Below are positions 14,915 through 28,231 of a DNA stretch of 64,000 nt, piece by piece. This DNA is from Octopus vulgaris. Its lineage: Eukaryota. The notes under the pieces were generated by a model. That model was not told the DNA's origin. It was given only the letters and a program-made list of their open reading frames with translations, and made no database searches. Positions within the stretch are counted from its first letter, which is position 1, and each line of letters begins with the position of its first letter. The translations under genes were made by a program, and so were the position numbers. The stretch is taken from the NCBI GenBank assembly GCA_951406725.2, contig OX597829.1, forward strand, positions 2,542,001 through 2,606,000. The letters are read 5' to 3'.

Positions 14915-14960
14915 AGAACGGTAGATGTGTTTCGGCTTTCTCATGCCTCGTCAGTATGTA
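14915..14960 (-). ncRNA. Decayed hammerhead ribozyme motif
   Basis: Rev-comp ta-CTGACGA-ggc-atgagaaa-gcc-GAAA-caca-tc-ta; canonical core and stem II, weak stem I/III. Confidence 0.5.
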
Positions 14961-15648
14961 TAACCGGTCGCCATATACTTTAGCGAACTGTGTGAATAAT
15001 TCATTCACTGATATTGCGGTAGGTTTTCCGGGCTAAAATAAACACAATGTATGCAATTGAAACAGTATTAAATCAAAATAATCATCTACATACCCTACTA
15101 AACGTATGTACACCAATGAGAGATATGACCCTGGCGTTTGTTTTCTAGAAAAGGTGGAAATACATCTGACGTTCTTGTGAATCAATGTTGATATGGTGTT
15201 CCAGTATATATTGTTTCTAAAACAATACGTCTAAGAAGAGATTCTCTCATAGATAAAAAAACATAGTACAATACTTTTCAACAGTGCATATACTTCGAGT
15301 ATAGTATACAGATGGCCATATGAATGTGTGTGTGTGTGTATACGTGTGTGTCTGTGAGCGCGCGTATGTGCGTATGTTGTATGAATGCATGTATGTATAT
15401 ATTTCGGTAATGCTAAGCTCAAATATGTCACAGTGACTAGCAGTTATATAATCTCTCTCTCTCTCTCTTCCTCTCTCTCTCTCTTTCTCCCTCTCTCTGA
15501 CACACACACACACATTTATTTCTTATCATGCCTTACAACGGTACATGTACGATTTTTAGACTGTGGGTGTTCTGGGTTGCATGTCTTGATATGGAAATTT
15601 ATAGAAATGTGTATCTTGGGAGAAGGGGAAATGAAGAGAGGTGGAAGA

Positions 15649-15693
<45 letters not shown>

Positions 15694-16999
15694 GAGAGAG
15701 AGGCACGCTATGGAACTTAGATGATTATTGAGATAGATACATAGAAAACATTAATTTGGTTAGCACTAATTAATAGAACTATGAATAAAAATTACAGCTG
15801 CTAAATGGCAAGATATCATCACTTTCTTTTCTTTAAATGCGTAGCAAGATAAAGCTGCGTCGTTGTTCTTACAAGTAAGACAAATAATTTTATTTACTAA
15901 TATACGCTTTAAAAAAAAAAGCTAAAAAGAAAAGATGGAGAAAAAAGGGACGAATCAGCGGAAGGCAGACAGAGAGGGGCGATGGATCACATATCCAGAA
16001 CACGAAAGATGCTCAGCTGCAACCCACGGTAATGACCGTGATTAGGTTGTCCTGTAGATTGGTCAGCGACACTCGTTGTAGATTTTCCTCTTCGCGTTAA
16101 GATCGGCGACACAAGGGTCTGCAGCAGATGCCGCGAGGTTGGAACCGGAGACCGTGTCGCTATAAGTTACATCCCAGACTAGGGAATAAATCTCTTCCCT
16201 CGAATAGCAAGAGGGTTACCCTGTCGAAGCGTTTACAGTGGCGTGGTCGAGACCTGGAGACTCAAGTTGAGACGGGAAGTTTTTAAAGAATTCTTTTTAT
16301 GGTTTGTATATTTATCATTCATACAAGCTTATGTGCGAATTTGCAGATGGTGGACCCTGCAGGAAACTGAACATTCGCTTGGTAGATTGTCGCTTGTGCA
16401 TTACATTTAAAACTGAAGAAGAGTAATTAGCCAATTTTGCAAATACATCGATAATCATTTTCGTATTTGTGAATATAGATAAACGAGTACAAACTTGAAT
16501 GCTGGTGAGATTACTGGGTGTATAATCACAGAATGACTTCAGTAGAAAAGAATGTACTTATTCTCTTACTTATGAGGAATTGGTTTATAGGAATTGCGTA
16601 TGTAGAATGGAGTTACTTTTATTTTTGGTTTATTGGAAAGCTCATAAGATTTCGAGTTTAGTTTAAGGGTGGCATCTAAGAAGTCTTTAATGTCCTTAAG
16701 TTTTCTTTAACCGCCATATTCAAACCGAATTTATTGAAAATTGTAAGCATTCATATCTTAGGGGCATATCATCATCAACATGACCATATATATATATATA
16801 TATAAATAATAACAAGTAGGTGCGCGGTATTTCGTCATGCAACCTTAATATACAATAAAGTATATTAAACGATTTTCTAAATCAACACCACATTCTACTG
16901 CGTAAGCAGTACGTTTAACATTATTTTATCAAGCTTATTTCTGCAGATATTCCATACAGATTATAACCAGCACCGATTTTTGTTACGACGTTTCCATAT

Positions 17000-17385
17000 A
17001 TATATATTACATCAACTCCAGTGCGTAACTGGTACTCAATTATATATATATTACATCAACTCCAGTGCGTAACTGGTACTCAATTTATCGACCCTGAAAG
17101 GATGAAAGGCAAAGTTGACCTCGGCGGAATTTGAACTCAGAACGTAGCGGCAGACGAAATACCTATTTCTTTATTACCCATAAGGGGCTAAACACAGAGA
17201 GGACAAACAAACGGATTAAGTCGATTATATCGACCCCAGTGCGTAACTGGTACTCAATTTATCGACCCCGAAAGGATGAACGGCAAAGTCGACCTCGGCG
17301 GAATTTGAACTCAGAACGTAGCGGCAGACGAAATACCACTAAGCATTTCGCCCGATGTGCTAACGTTTCTGCCAGCTCGCCGCCT
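17000..17385 (-). mobile_element. SINE family S1, with partial tandem copies
   Basis: Matches S1 consensus; ~45-bp local duplication at 17000-17085. Confidence 0.85.
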
Positions 17386-17421
17386 TATAATAGCGCACTG
17401 CTAACGCAGTAGAACGTGGTA

Positions 17422-18011
17422 TCTCTTATTATAAAAGGCAGATTTTATCTGCCTCCCTTTGTCTCTTATAGAAATCTACAATATAGGATTTCTTCAATTA
17501 CAATTTACCTAGCATTTTTAAGAGTAGAATAAATCGGGTCGTGCCAGGTCCAGTTTTTAAAATTTCAACCCCAATTAAGCAAAATTTAGAGAAAACTCAC
17601 ATTGTGGTGTGTAAGTCAAGTGCTTTTCTTAGTGTGGGCTACAGCACACACACACACACACACACAAAAACGGAGCGATGTGCTTCACTCACGCTATCAC
17701 CCTAATTTCTACTCCTTTCTCTTTGCAAGTGTGCAACGATTAAAGTGAAACTATTTCTATAAAACGAGAGAAGTGTACCTTAAACCACTACTCAAAAAAA
17801 AAAAAAAAACAGCAAACAGAAACAAATAAATACATAACGATTTACTCCTCACACAATTTCTTCAATTACAGTTTACCTATGATTTTTACAAGTACTTCCA
17901 TTCGGTCATGCCATACAAAATTTCTTTCAATTTCACCCCCAATTAAGACAAAATTCGAGAAAACTCAATATTTTAACATTTCACTCCGAAAGCATTGATG
18001 TACATGTGTGC

Positions 18012-18050
<39 letters not shown>

Positions 18051-18690
18051 ATGGGATGTGCGACACAGAAAGTGTGGTGTGTAAGTGAAGTGCTTTTGTT
18101 AGTATGTGTAAAGAGACAGAGAGAGTAATGTTGTGCTGTGTACCTAAAGCACGCACACACACAAGCGGAGCGCGAACTTCAAAAGAACTTCGCGCGCTAT
18201 CTATCTGGTTTGCCATTCCTCACACACGCATACACATACATATATGACAGTGACAAACACAAACGTTTCAAACAACTACATACAAACACTCAAACACACA
18301 CACACGTGTGTGTTTGTTATTAGTAAAAAAGGCGCCAAACACAACTCACTTCTCATTCGAACACATTTGCAAAAACACACCGACGGTCGGATTGCCATAA
18401 CAATACAGAAAAGGTAAATTGGTTTTTAATTTACTTTCTGTCGTTAAATTTTGGTAGTATTAATTGGCGAGCGTACTTCTGTTGTCAATTGTTGACAGAA
18501 AGAAATTGTAAGCTAAGAAGGTGTGTGTGTGTGCGTGTGTGTGTGTGTCTGTGTATGTGTGTAAGTGTGTGTGTGTGTATGTAGGAAGTGAAGGATAAAA
18601 ATATTGCAAGAAGTGGACAGATGTACATATATACATCCATACATACATGTGTGTGTGTGCCTATGTATGTGTATTAATGTGTGTGTGTTA
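17422..18690 (+). mobile_element. Helitron-like family C element (3' boundary uncertain)
   Basis: A|TC start with GGCAGA-tttta-TCTGCC hairpin, shared with the 5238 end; internal subrepeats (17500-17630 vs 17855-18100) and CA/GT microsatellites. Confidence 0.55.
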
Positions 18691-19047
18691 TCTCTATATA
18701 AACTGAAGTTGTCTGTGTGCACCACGTTTGGTAACCTTCAACTAACACTATCTCCTCCGAGACCCTGCGGCGCAAGTTGACCAAAATTGAAAGTATGATA
18801 GAAGAAGGGTTGCTCTTCCTTCCGTAGAACATAAAATTCAAATCGGACCATGTTAACACCAAAAAGTATTTACATCAAAATGCTGCTTTTTTCTATGAAA
18901 ATCCCTATTTTTTACGATTTTTTCACAGCTGTGTCGCCACTTTTCGGTATATTTCGACCAGAAAAATGTTCACAAAATTTTTACTTTTCAAAATTACAAT
19001 TCCAGCGGGTCGAAACAAACCCGAGCAACGCCGGGCGATACTGCTAG
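18691..19047 (+). mobile_element. Non-autonomous Helitron (family D)
   Basis: A|TCTCTATATAAA ... cccgagcaacgccggg hairpin ... CTAG|T: canonical Helitron termini and A/T target. Confidence 0.85.
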
Positions 19048-19822
19048 TCAACTTATAAAAGCATTTAACATCCCTTATAGTATATTACTATTGTATAACG
19101 AAATACCACGTACCTAAAATCATTAGTATTTACGTACAAGCTTCCAGGAATGCGTTTAATATGTAAAAATGTATATCCAATAACCATGCACTGCTATATT
19201 CAGTGGCTATTTAAGAAATGTGTTGGAGGATAATTAAAGGGTTAGACGGGTGCTGTACTATTAAATTTATTATTGTATTGTTGAATTTATTATTTATAGA
19301 ACTGTCAATAACAATAGAAAATGTGCATAGATCTGCTAATTTCTTGGATGTTACACTTGATGTTTACAAAAGAATTTATAAACTTTATCCCAAACCTAAT
19401 GAAAACATAAAACATATAAACATTGGTAGTAATCACCCCAAATCTGTAACAAACTCACTCGTAATGAACATTACGACGAGAATATTCATTGCATCGGCTA
19501 ATGAAAACTATTGTAACTTAGCACTTAAGAAAGCAGGATATAAAGTTTAATATAATAAATAATGAACATGATACAAATAATAAATTTAACAGTACAAAAC
19601 GAAAAGTCTAGTACTAAAAATAAATCTGTAAGTAAAGAAAACAGCAAAAGAATATTCGCATTAAATGAATGAAACTTAATGAAACAATGAAAATAGGGAA
19701 CTTTTAATCGGGAAAGTACTTCAATAAACTATAATAAGAATTCGAACAAAAGGGAAGATATAAGAATGTATATAACCAAGTTAAAACTTCTGGAACTGGT
19801 AACAAGAATAAAGATAAAATAT

Positions 19823-20178
19823 TCTCTCTATATATAAACGGCAAAATGTGTGTCCTTTATACAAATTCACAATTTTTCAGTTAGAGGGCTCGCACTTTCT
19901 ATGGTCATTCAAAACCGTCCAAGGGTGGTCGTGCACTTCTTTACATTTCCCCAGTCACCCTGCAAAGCCATTAAAAAATCAATAGAAGTGACTTTCTTGT
20001 GAATTTTCTATCCAAAACCCAATCAAAATGCCCGAAACTTGATACGCCAATTGAATGCCAGCTAGATGTATGTGATTGGTCGGAGATTTGGACAGTACTC
20101 ACGTGTATGTGCACACGCACGCAGCTGTATATGCATGCACTAGGACTATGACCCGGCGTTGCTGGGTCATAGTGCTAG
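19823..20178 (+). mobile_element. Non-autonomous Helitron, family A
   Basis: TCTCTCTATATATAAACGGC ... terminal palindrome and CTAG|T; reverse complement of 2399-2737. Confidence 0.85.
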
Positions 20179-20456
20179 TCTTTAATAAAAACTTAAACTC
20201 TTTCAAGATAAAAACAACAAAATGATTAAACACTAGTCTAAATAAGAATCAAAATGGTAAAAAGCTTACTCCTTCAAAAATCCGGTATAAACATCAAGAT
20301 TACGATTGTAATTATAACTCGAAGAATACTTTGTGGTTAATTATCCCAATTGGTATGCAAATAAATTATAATTTATCCAAATTGTTTAATAGACCAATAG
20401 AAAAATATTTTCCTAAAACTCATACGTATCATGAAATTTCAAACAAAAACAAAACC

Positions 20457-20666
20457 CATTTCTTTACTACCCACAAGGGGCTACACAAAGAGGGAACAAA
20501 CAAGGCAGACAAACGGATTAAGTCGATTATATCGACCCCAGTGCGTAACTGGTACTTATTTAATCGACCCTGAAAGGATGAAAGGCATCGGCGAATTTGA
20601 ACTCAGAAAGTAGCGGCAGACGAAATACCATTAAGCATTTCGTCCGGCGTGCTAACGTTTCTGCCG
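20457..20666 (-). mobile_element. SINE family S1
   Basis: Matches S1 consensus. Confidence 0.85.
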
Positions 20667-20903
20667 TTTGGCTTATTTTATTAGCAGAAACATTGCACAA
20701 ATAAATAATAGCAGCTCCCAACGGAAACATAATCTCGAAAATTCAAAAAAGCTATTCTAATCAGAGTGGGAAAGTGAATATTGAGAATAGTAATTGGCGA
20801 TATAAACAATGTCGAACTGAATACAAAAACTCAAATAGAAAGAAACGCTACAAATATAACCGTCGCTGAAAGGGAAACAATCCCGTTTAATCAAATAAAT
20901 GAT

Positions 20904-21358
20904 AGAGTGGTTGTATACTGTCAACACAACGTGACAGTCCTGTAAAGGGAATCACAGCACCACTATTTAGCCCTAGGAAGCATCGACGCTTCCTGATGGC
21001 TTTGACACATTTCCTGTGTCCTTATATTTTCGAAGCACCCCTACCAGCTAGGATTAGCAACCTGAAGACAAGCATATTTCTGGGTCTTGCTCGTCATTAG
21101 TCCAGGGTAGTAAGTCCTGCTAGTTGAAATGCCTGCCAAGCCTTCGCAAATATATATATTTATATATATTATCCCCTTCGCAAATATAAGGACACAGGAA
21201 ATGTGTCAATGCCGACAGGAAGCGTCGATGCTTCCTTGGGCTAAATAGTGGTGGTGTAATTTCCTTTACGGGACTGTCACGTTATGTTGACAATATACAA
21301 CCACTCTATCGCTCCACCACCGCTCATGTCTCTTTGAGACATTTAGAAATTCAATATT
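20904..21358. mobile_element. Fold-back element with ~130-bp inverted arms and 13-bp flanking direct repeat
   Basis: 20901-21032 inverted at 21177-21310; tcaaataaatgat at 20891-20903 and 21359-21371. Confidence 0.75.
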
Positions 21359-21499
21359 TCAAATAAATGATGTTGAATCGAATAAAAACTCCGCTAGAAA
21401 GAGAAGTAATATTACGTTACTATATGAAAGTGTAAGTTATAATAAAGAATTGTGGAAAAACGAATTCGGTTTCATCCCTAACAATCAAATTAATAAGAC

Positions 21500-21640
21500 A
21501 TCTACAAAATAATCTCTGCGATTGTTCAATTAGAAATATACAAAATAATCTCTGTAATTGTTCAATAAGAAATATACAAAATAATCTCTGCGATTGTTCA
21601 ATAAGAAATATACAAAATAATCTCTGTAATTGTTCAAAAC
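21500..21640. repeat. 36-bp minisatellite, ~4 copies
   Basis: caaaataatctctg(cg/ta)attgttcaataagaaatata repeated. Confidence 0.9.
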
Positions 21641-22199
21641 AAAACTCGTATTCTATCAATAATAAATGCAAAACAAAAATGTAGTGTATAGATGTAAAGT
21701 TACACCAGGGGGAACTTAATACTTTTACATCGGTGCAGCGTCGCTTATTTTCAAAAAAAAAAAAAAAAAAGACTGGCTACTCATTTAAGTTCGTTTAGAG
21801 ATAGAAATGAAAATTCCAAACAAGTCTAATTAAATTAATCTGGTTTATCAAACACTCTCGTTAAAAATTTACCGCCCAATGGCCTGCTTGAACATCGTGT
21901 ACAAATTATACAGTAGGTGCCTCAATCTGCTTTTATAGAATCATTGTGCCACCAACAGCATTATAACACTTAAGCAAATTGAACGAAAGAAGGAGGTGTG
22001 GACTTGTATACAGCAGCTACTAATTAACAAAATGATCCAAGAAAAAAAAAACAGAAAAAAATTTCAAGAACTTAACCGTAATGTAGTTGGACTACCCGTA
22101 GACTTTTATTAGTATACTATATGATTGGATTGTCTGGGCTTTACAGTTAGTCAAAGTTTCACAACCACTAGTGAGTGCTATTGAATGCCTGACCAAGAC

Positions 22200-22930
22200 T
22201 TGGTACATAATTTCCCTTTTTAGGAGTGATAAGGAGTTGATTGAGTCGGATAGCATACTCTACCAAAATGGCATCATTCAGGTGGTAGCCTTTTGGTGTT
22301 GCCATTCGTCCTCTCATTAAATCCACAAACATACCTGCTCACTAAACATAGTGGCCTCTTTCCGATCGTTCTGGCCATTGCATCATGCCTCATGGGAACA
22401 TAATATCTGGAAGTCTTTCTCCCACAATTGAAAATAATGTGATCGATGTCTTCAGCTTTGGTCTTGCACCGCTTACGTTTGTTGTCACCGTTTTCTGCTG
22501 CTTATGCTGTAGTTCTTGTTGAGAATCCCTTGTTCTCGAGTTGCATGAAGGCATCCTTCAAAGTGGGATGTCGTAAACTTGTTGGTATTACGTGCCAAGC
22601 TCTTATCACGAACAATCCTATCTTTGGTTCTTGTTTTCCGTGCTAAGTACACATATATTATATTCTCAATGAACTGGTCAATTTTCGTACTGTGTTCTGC
22701 TGATAAATAGATTTTATCAATGTTCCTTGGAGAGAGATCAGCTCTTATTTCATACCTCTTCTCAAGTTATGTTAACTATCCTAGTTAGATTGCTGATTTC
22801 ATAGTCGGTTATTGGCCGCTTTCCTCTGCTGCAGATGTTTCATTGTCACAATCCGGACTTCATATGACATCAATACAGATTTGACACCACGACCGCCATC
22901 CTTATGTGAGACATGTAGACTGTCTATATT
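22200..22930 (-). mobile_element. Highly degenerate R4/Dong-like LINE fragment
   Basis: Rev-comp reads LHVSHKDGGRGVKS and EDIDHIIFNC...YYVPMRHDAM (GGRG motif, knuckle and RHD motif). Confidence 0.6.
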
Positions 22931-23377
22931 TACATTGATTTAAAGGATGATGGTTAAAGCAAAACGCTTTTCTTAACAACCTTGCTACCAAGTAGGTGGA
23001 GGAGAACTCAAGTGGAAAAGGAGAGGAATACATACACATACATACGTATATAAAGACAAATTTATTTTTAAAAGAAATCAGATTTGTTTTGATTTTCGAA
23101 AGAAAACAATTAGAAAATGATTTATTGAATTAACCCATATGTAACATATGGATGATTCTGTGAAAGCAATTTTCTTTTTTTTTTTGCTACCTGTAAGCTA
23201 GTAGAAATGTTAGAGTGTCTGAAAAACGCTCTGTAATATTTGTCCCAAATCTTTATGTTCTGAGTTCAAATCCCACCGGGATGAATTTTGTCTTTCATCC
23301 CTACAAGGAATGCAAAATAAGTAACTTCCGGGGTAAAGGGGTAAACTTGTCTTACCTCCTTCTAAAGTAAGTATATG

Positions 23378-23605
23378 TATTTCTTTACTACCCACAAGGG
23401 GCTAAACACAGAGGGGACAAACAAGGAAAGACAAGGGGATTAAGTCGATTACATCAACCCCAGTGCGTAACTGGTACTTAATGTATCGACCCCGAAAGGA
23501 TGAAAGGCAAAGTCGACTTCGGCGGAATTTGAACTCGGAACGTAACGACAGATGAAATACGGCTACGCATTTCGCCCGGTGTGCTAACGTCTCTGCCAGC
23601 TCGCC
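23378..23605 (-). mobile_element. SINE family S1
   Basis: Matches S1 consensus; ctaaagtaag on both sides. Confidence 0.85.
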
Positions 23606-24262
23606 TAAAGTAAGAATAATAAGACCTAGGATCAATAGTATCGATTAAACTCCTCCCTCAAAATTGCTACACAAATGCTCAAAAAAAAAAAAAAGAAAAA
23701 ATACAAGCGAAAGCAGGAGATACCACCAACCTCGGAAGAACAAGTTTCTTAAAAAAAGCCTTCTCCCCAAACCAACAATGATGCTGACACTTTTCAACAT
23801 GACTTGACCAACCCCAGGGATTCCTCGGCAAATGTCACGGAGAAAGATGAGTGGACCGAAACATAGCAAACGATCACCAATGAGGGGAAACAAAAGAAGA
23901 GAAAAAGAGCATAAACCCACCACACAATATATATATATATAATAAATATTATTATTATTATTTGGGGGAATATTATTCCTAAATTACAGGGAAAAATTCA
24001 ATTTAGAAATACTAAATCAAATTTCACAAAATATATATGTTTTTATTATTATTTTGCAATTTACTTAATCATCGGTATATTATTGTTATTTTAATTTTAA
24101 TATTTCTATTATATGTAATTTTCTAGAAGGTGTAATTTAATTGTTCATTTTGAATTGATAAAATGGTTTTTTTTCCTAATATATATATATATAGGAAATT
24201 AGAAGTAAAACCCTTTGAAACACCGCAAATTCGTAAACTTGACACAAACGCCAAAGAGCATA

Positions 24263-25101
24263 CCTGGTCTGATCAATAAGTATCCGGACTGTTGCCATAG
24301 TAACGAAGCTAAAGCACAGATTGACCTTGAATTTTGCTGTGCATGCACACTAAGTTTTAACGTTCTAGCTCGCTTCTGCTGCTTACAGCAGTGCTTCGAA
24401 GGAACATGTGTAGCGTGTGATCGTCACATTGACCATGACAAAGTTGAGCAAACAATTTGCATCAAATTTTGCCAAAAGCTTGGCGATACTTGCTCAGAGG
24501 CCTGCGCAAAGTTTTCAAAAAGAAGATCTTGTGCAACTGAAACCCGAGTGTCTTTTTGGTCAGCTGAAAGCAGCTTTGGCACAAACTTGGTAGACACGCG
24601 TCTCATACCCAAATCTTCAGTGATAATGGACTGAACTGAACCGTAACAAATCTACGCATCCTCTAATAACCCACGGATGGTGATTTGACGATTTCCCCTC
24701 ACAGCTGCAAGCACATCTGCAATGGTTTTCTCAGTTCTGCTGGTTGCGGGTTTCCCTGAATGTTCGTCAGTATCGACATTTTTTCGACCATCTTGGAACG
24801 TCTGAACCACTCGTACACTTGTATGCGGCTCATACACTCCTCTCTATACACTTTCTGCAACTTTTGCATAGGTCTCTGAGCAGGTATCACCATGACAACT
24901 TTGTCATGGTCAATGCGACGATCACATGCTACACACCTTCCTTCCAAGTACTGCTGTAAACAGCAGAAGTGAGTTAGAACGTTAAAACTTAGTGCATATG
25001 CACAGTAGAGTTGAAGCTCAATTTCTGTCAAGTGGCCTTAGTCTGTATGCTTTAGCTTCGTTGATATGGCAACAATCTGGGTACTTATTGATCAGATCTC
25101 G
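24263..25101. mobile_element. Mariner derivative built from two inverted 5' ends
   Basis: TA-flanked TIRs (tctgatcaataagta / tacttattgatcaga); EQTICIKFCQKLG on plus; SRIQVYEWF, EHSGKP and MRRVSTKFVPKLL on minus. Confidence 0.85.
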
Positions 25102-26389
25102 TAATAATTCCAAAGCAACAAACCCTAGAACCACTATCAGCAGAGCCACCACCACCGCCACCGCCATTATCATTAACAACAACAACAGCACTTGAAAAAC
25201 CTACACATATATACGTATATGAGGGCAAATTTACTTTTTAAAAGCAATCAATAGATTTGTTTTGTTTTTTCCATGAAGACGATTAGAAAATGATTTATTG
25301 AATTAACCCATATGTAACATATGGAAGCAATTCTTTGTTAATCTTTTTTTTATTGGCATGCTAGCAGACATGCTAGAGCGTGTAAAAAATGCTCTACAAT
25401 ACTTTTCTCGTTCTGAGTTCAAATCTCGCTGAGAACAACTTTGTTTTTCATCCTTACATGATATGTAAAAGAAATAACTGCCAGAGTAAACTTTGCTCTT
25501 CTCTTCTCTAAAGTAAGTAAAATAAGTACTGGACTTGATAGTATCAGACTCCTGGTGTAGACGCTGTCAGATGTTTATAAAACCTTCCTTGATAAACTCC
25601 TGTCTGGCGTGTGAATTTTCAAGAATATAAGGTAAAAGACTATTAGGATGAGAATTCAGGAAACAGTCGCTTCAAAGGACAATGCGAATGACTTCCTTTC
25701 TAGTTTTCTTATAATCACGACTGTGTTGAGAGTGGTGTACGTGTATGTGCGCAGTCTGGAGTCAGCTTGGAAGCAAGGCCACTTGTTCAATGATTACATT
25801 TTTACTCGATATTCATGTGATAGCCATCAGCGAGACGAGGATCTCTAGAGCACACACACTCGCGCTCATTTTCGACGACTGTGGGGTCTTCTTATCTTGT
25901 GGACTGTCGGAATCTGAAGACGAGGAAGCAATGCTGTTCTCGAAATCCTTAGTTCTCATGGTGTGTGTAATTTTCTTGACATTAGTGATCCTAGACGTAA
26001 GCGGCAGCTAAATGGCTTCTTTAAAGCAGTGGACGTTTATGATCCAACAGGGGATGGAAGATCAGATTTTTTCAGACGTCTCGAAGCAATTTTTGTGGTA
26101 CCCATATCACTACTGCTAGAGGGGTGTTAAAATTGCATTTTGGAAGCATGGCAGAACTGAAGAGGCTAGTGCAATGGAGAATAGAATAAAAAAAACCTCG
26201 AAAATCTGCTCATGAGCTTTCAACTTCCCTGTTGTATAAATGTGGACATGGAGCAACCACAGCACATCATCCAGATTGCATTTAAAGTATTTGTTAGATC
26301 AGTGGATAAGGATAGTGTTGAATATCTACAATTCACACTGGTTGACTACAAAGAGTTCAAATGTGTTCTTTGTGGTCGATTTCAATAGG

Positions 26390-27365
26390 ACCCTACTTTG
26401 TTGATTTAAATTGGACCCGTAGACAGGAACCCGGTTACTGGAAGTTGAATGCGTCTTTACCAGCACGCAAAGACTACATTAACCGGATTAGTGAACTAGT
26501 TAAATGGAAGTTTACGGAGTCAATTGTCAGCAACTGGTGGTAGGTCACCCTGAAGACGGCAATTAGATTAGAATCGACAGCGTTTAGCAGACAGCTATCA
26601 ATAGAAAGAAAGAAATTAGAGGGAAAACTAGTTAGCAAACTAGAAAAAGCGATTGGTAAAGGTATCGCGAGTGATGGCCCTTGAGCTTTTCTTCAAGGTA
26701 AAACACGAAGGTTTCGTTGTTAGAGCTGAGATTCATGCGCCCAAACACGAAGGAACAAAAGCTATGAGATGGCCCAGATCAGCAAGGGCTCGATGTGATA
26801 ACTAAACCACGATTAGACTTCTGACATATAGAGATGGGAGAGTGCTATTCAGTGCCGAGCACATGTGTGTAGTTTTCCAGCAGCAATTCTTAGAACTGTT
26901 TAGAGCAAACGATGGATCGAAGACGAAGAGGACCTAAGTTCCTATTGGATGTACTGCTCGGCTCTTGGCAGAAGGCACGAGATTCTGAGGAAAATCGATA
27001 ACGGGTTTTCGCTGAGACTTACATCTTCTGTTAAATATGAAATACGCACAAGGCACAAATCTCTCGATTTGGATGAACTGCCTCATGAATTCTACGAGTT
27101 CATACCAGACTTTTTGGGCGGCATCTTGTTTGGCGTGTACCGTAAATGGTAGCAGAATGGTAGAATTCCTAGTACTGTGAATTGGTATGTAGTAACGCTG
27201 CCGGAAAAGGACGCCAACAAAGGAAACTTGCTTGGCAATTTTTGGCCCATAATTCTACTAAACACAGAATTTAAAACCTTGGCCTTCTGACCGATGTTTC
27301 AGCGAAAATGTTAGCCCCTGTCATGGGTGGTCTGATCAGGCAAGTCAAACGTGTGCTATCCTGAA
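26390..27365 (+). mobile_element. Degenerate L1/Tx1-clade LINE ORF2 fragment
   Basis: GYWKLNASL; KSLDLDELPHEFY (cf. KSPGxDGLPxEFY); GNFWPIILLNTEFK (cf. NxRPISLLNxDYK); many stops. Confidence 0.75.
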
Positions 27366-27974
27366 CAGGCCAATCAGCAACTTCTATCTTATTAGCGGTC
27401 ATTCGAATAGCGCTATAGTATAAATAGCGGTCAATAACATAGTAATTTCCCTTTGTATAACTGTCATTTTTCATATCATTTTTCCGATGGCCGGATTACT
27501 GAAGAGATGGTGGTGTGGATTTCCACCTCGGCATCCGAAACTCAGAGTTTTATCTTGGCTACCGAATAATTGTCACATATTATATTACAGATAAATTTCC
27601 TCTATTTACATAATATTGAGGTCTCTTTCTTTCTTTTGTTATCTTACCGTTTTTACCAATATATATATATATATATATTTTCACAGAAAACGCTATGGAT
27701 TGCTCTACTATACTCAAAGCATGAGAAGTACCAGCTTCCAATTTTTTTTCTTTTCCCCTATTTAGAAAAGCATACTCAATCTCACCGGTCATTCTTGTCT
27801 ATCTTTTGATAAACTCACTAGAGGGCAGTACCTCCCTCTCTATCCTCACCATCTTCTTAAAATGATATTAGAAGAAAGTGTTGAGAGCTCGGTCGGATAG
27901 GAATGTGCCTGTCTTCAAACCTTTCAAATGGGTCTGCCCCCTCGGCCTGTTTTTGCCACAGCCACTAAGCAGAG

Positions 27975-28105
27975 AAGCTTCACTGATACTTTATTGTAGT
28001 GACCTTGGAGACATGATGAAGCTTCACTGATACTTTATTGTAGTGACCTTGGAGACATGATGAAGCTTCACTGATACTTTATTGTAGTGACCTTGGAGAC
28101 ATGAT
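27975..28105. repeat. 44-bp perfect tandem triplication
   Basis: aagcttcactgatactttattgtagtgaccttggagacatgatg x3 with no spacers. Confidence 0.95.
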
Positions 28106-28174
28106 AGGTAAAGTTTTATCTCGGCAGGATTTGAATTACGCAGAGCAAGAACAAATATACTGCCATCGCAGTCA

Positions 28175-28231
<57 letters not shown>

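Larger units (their letters stand above)
19290..22010 (+). mobile_element. Degenerate Penelope-like element interrupted by later insertions
   Basis: RT C-terminal motif NFLDVTLDV..IYKLYPKPNE..HIN..SNHPKSV (19218-19550); decayed GIY-YIG-like sequence near 21660-21760 (CK..VYRCKV...FYIG). Confidence 0.7.

Noticed and set aside
27975-28105. 44-bp direct repeats as a CRISPR array
   Set aside because: No spacers; a simple tandem triplication in decayed SINE-like sequence.
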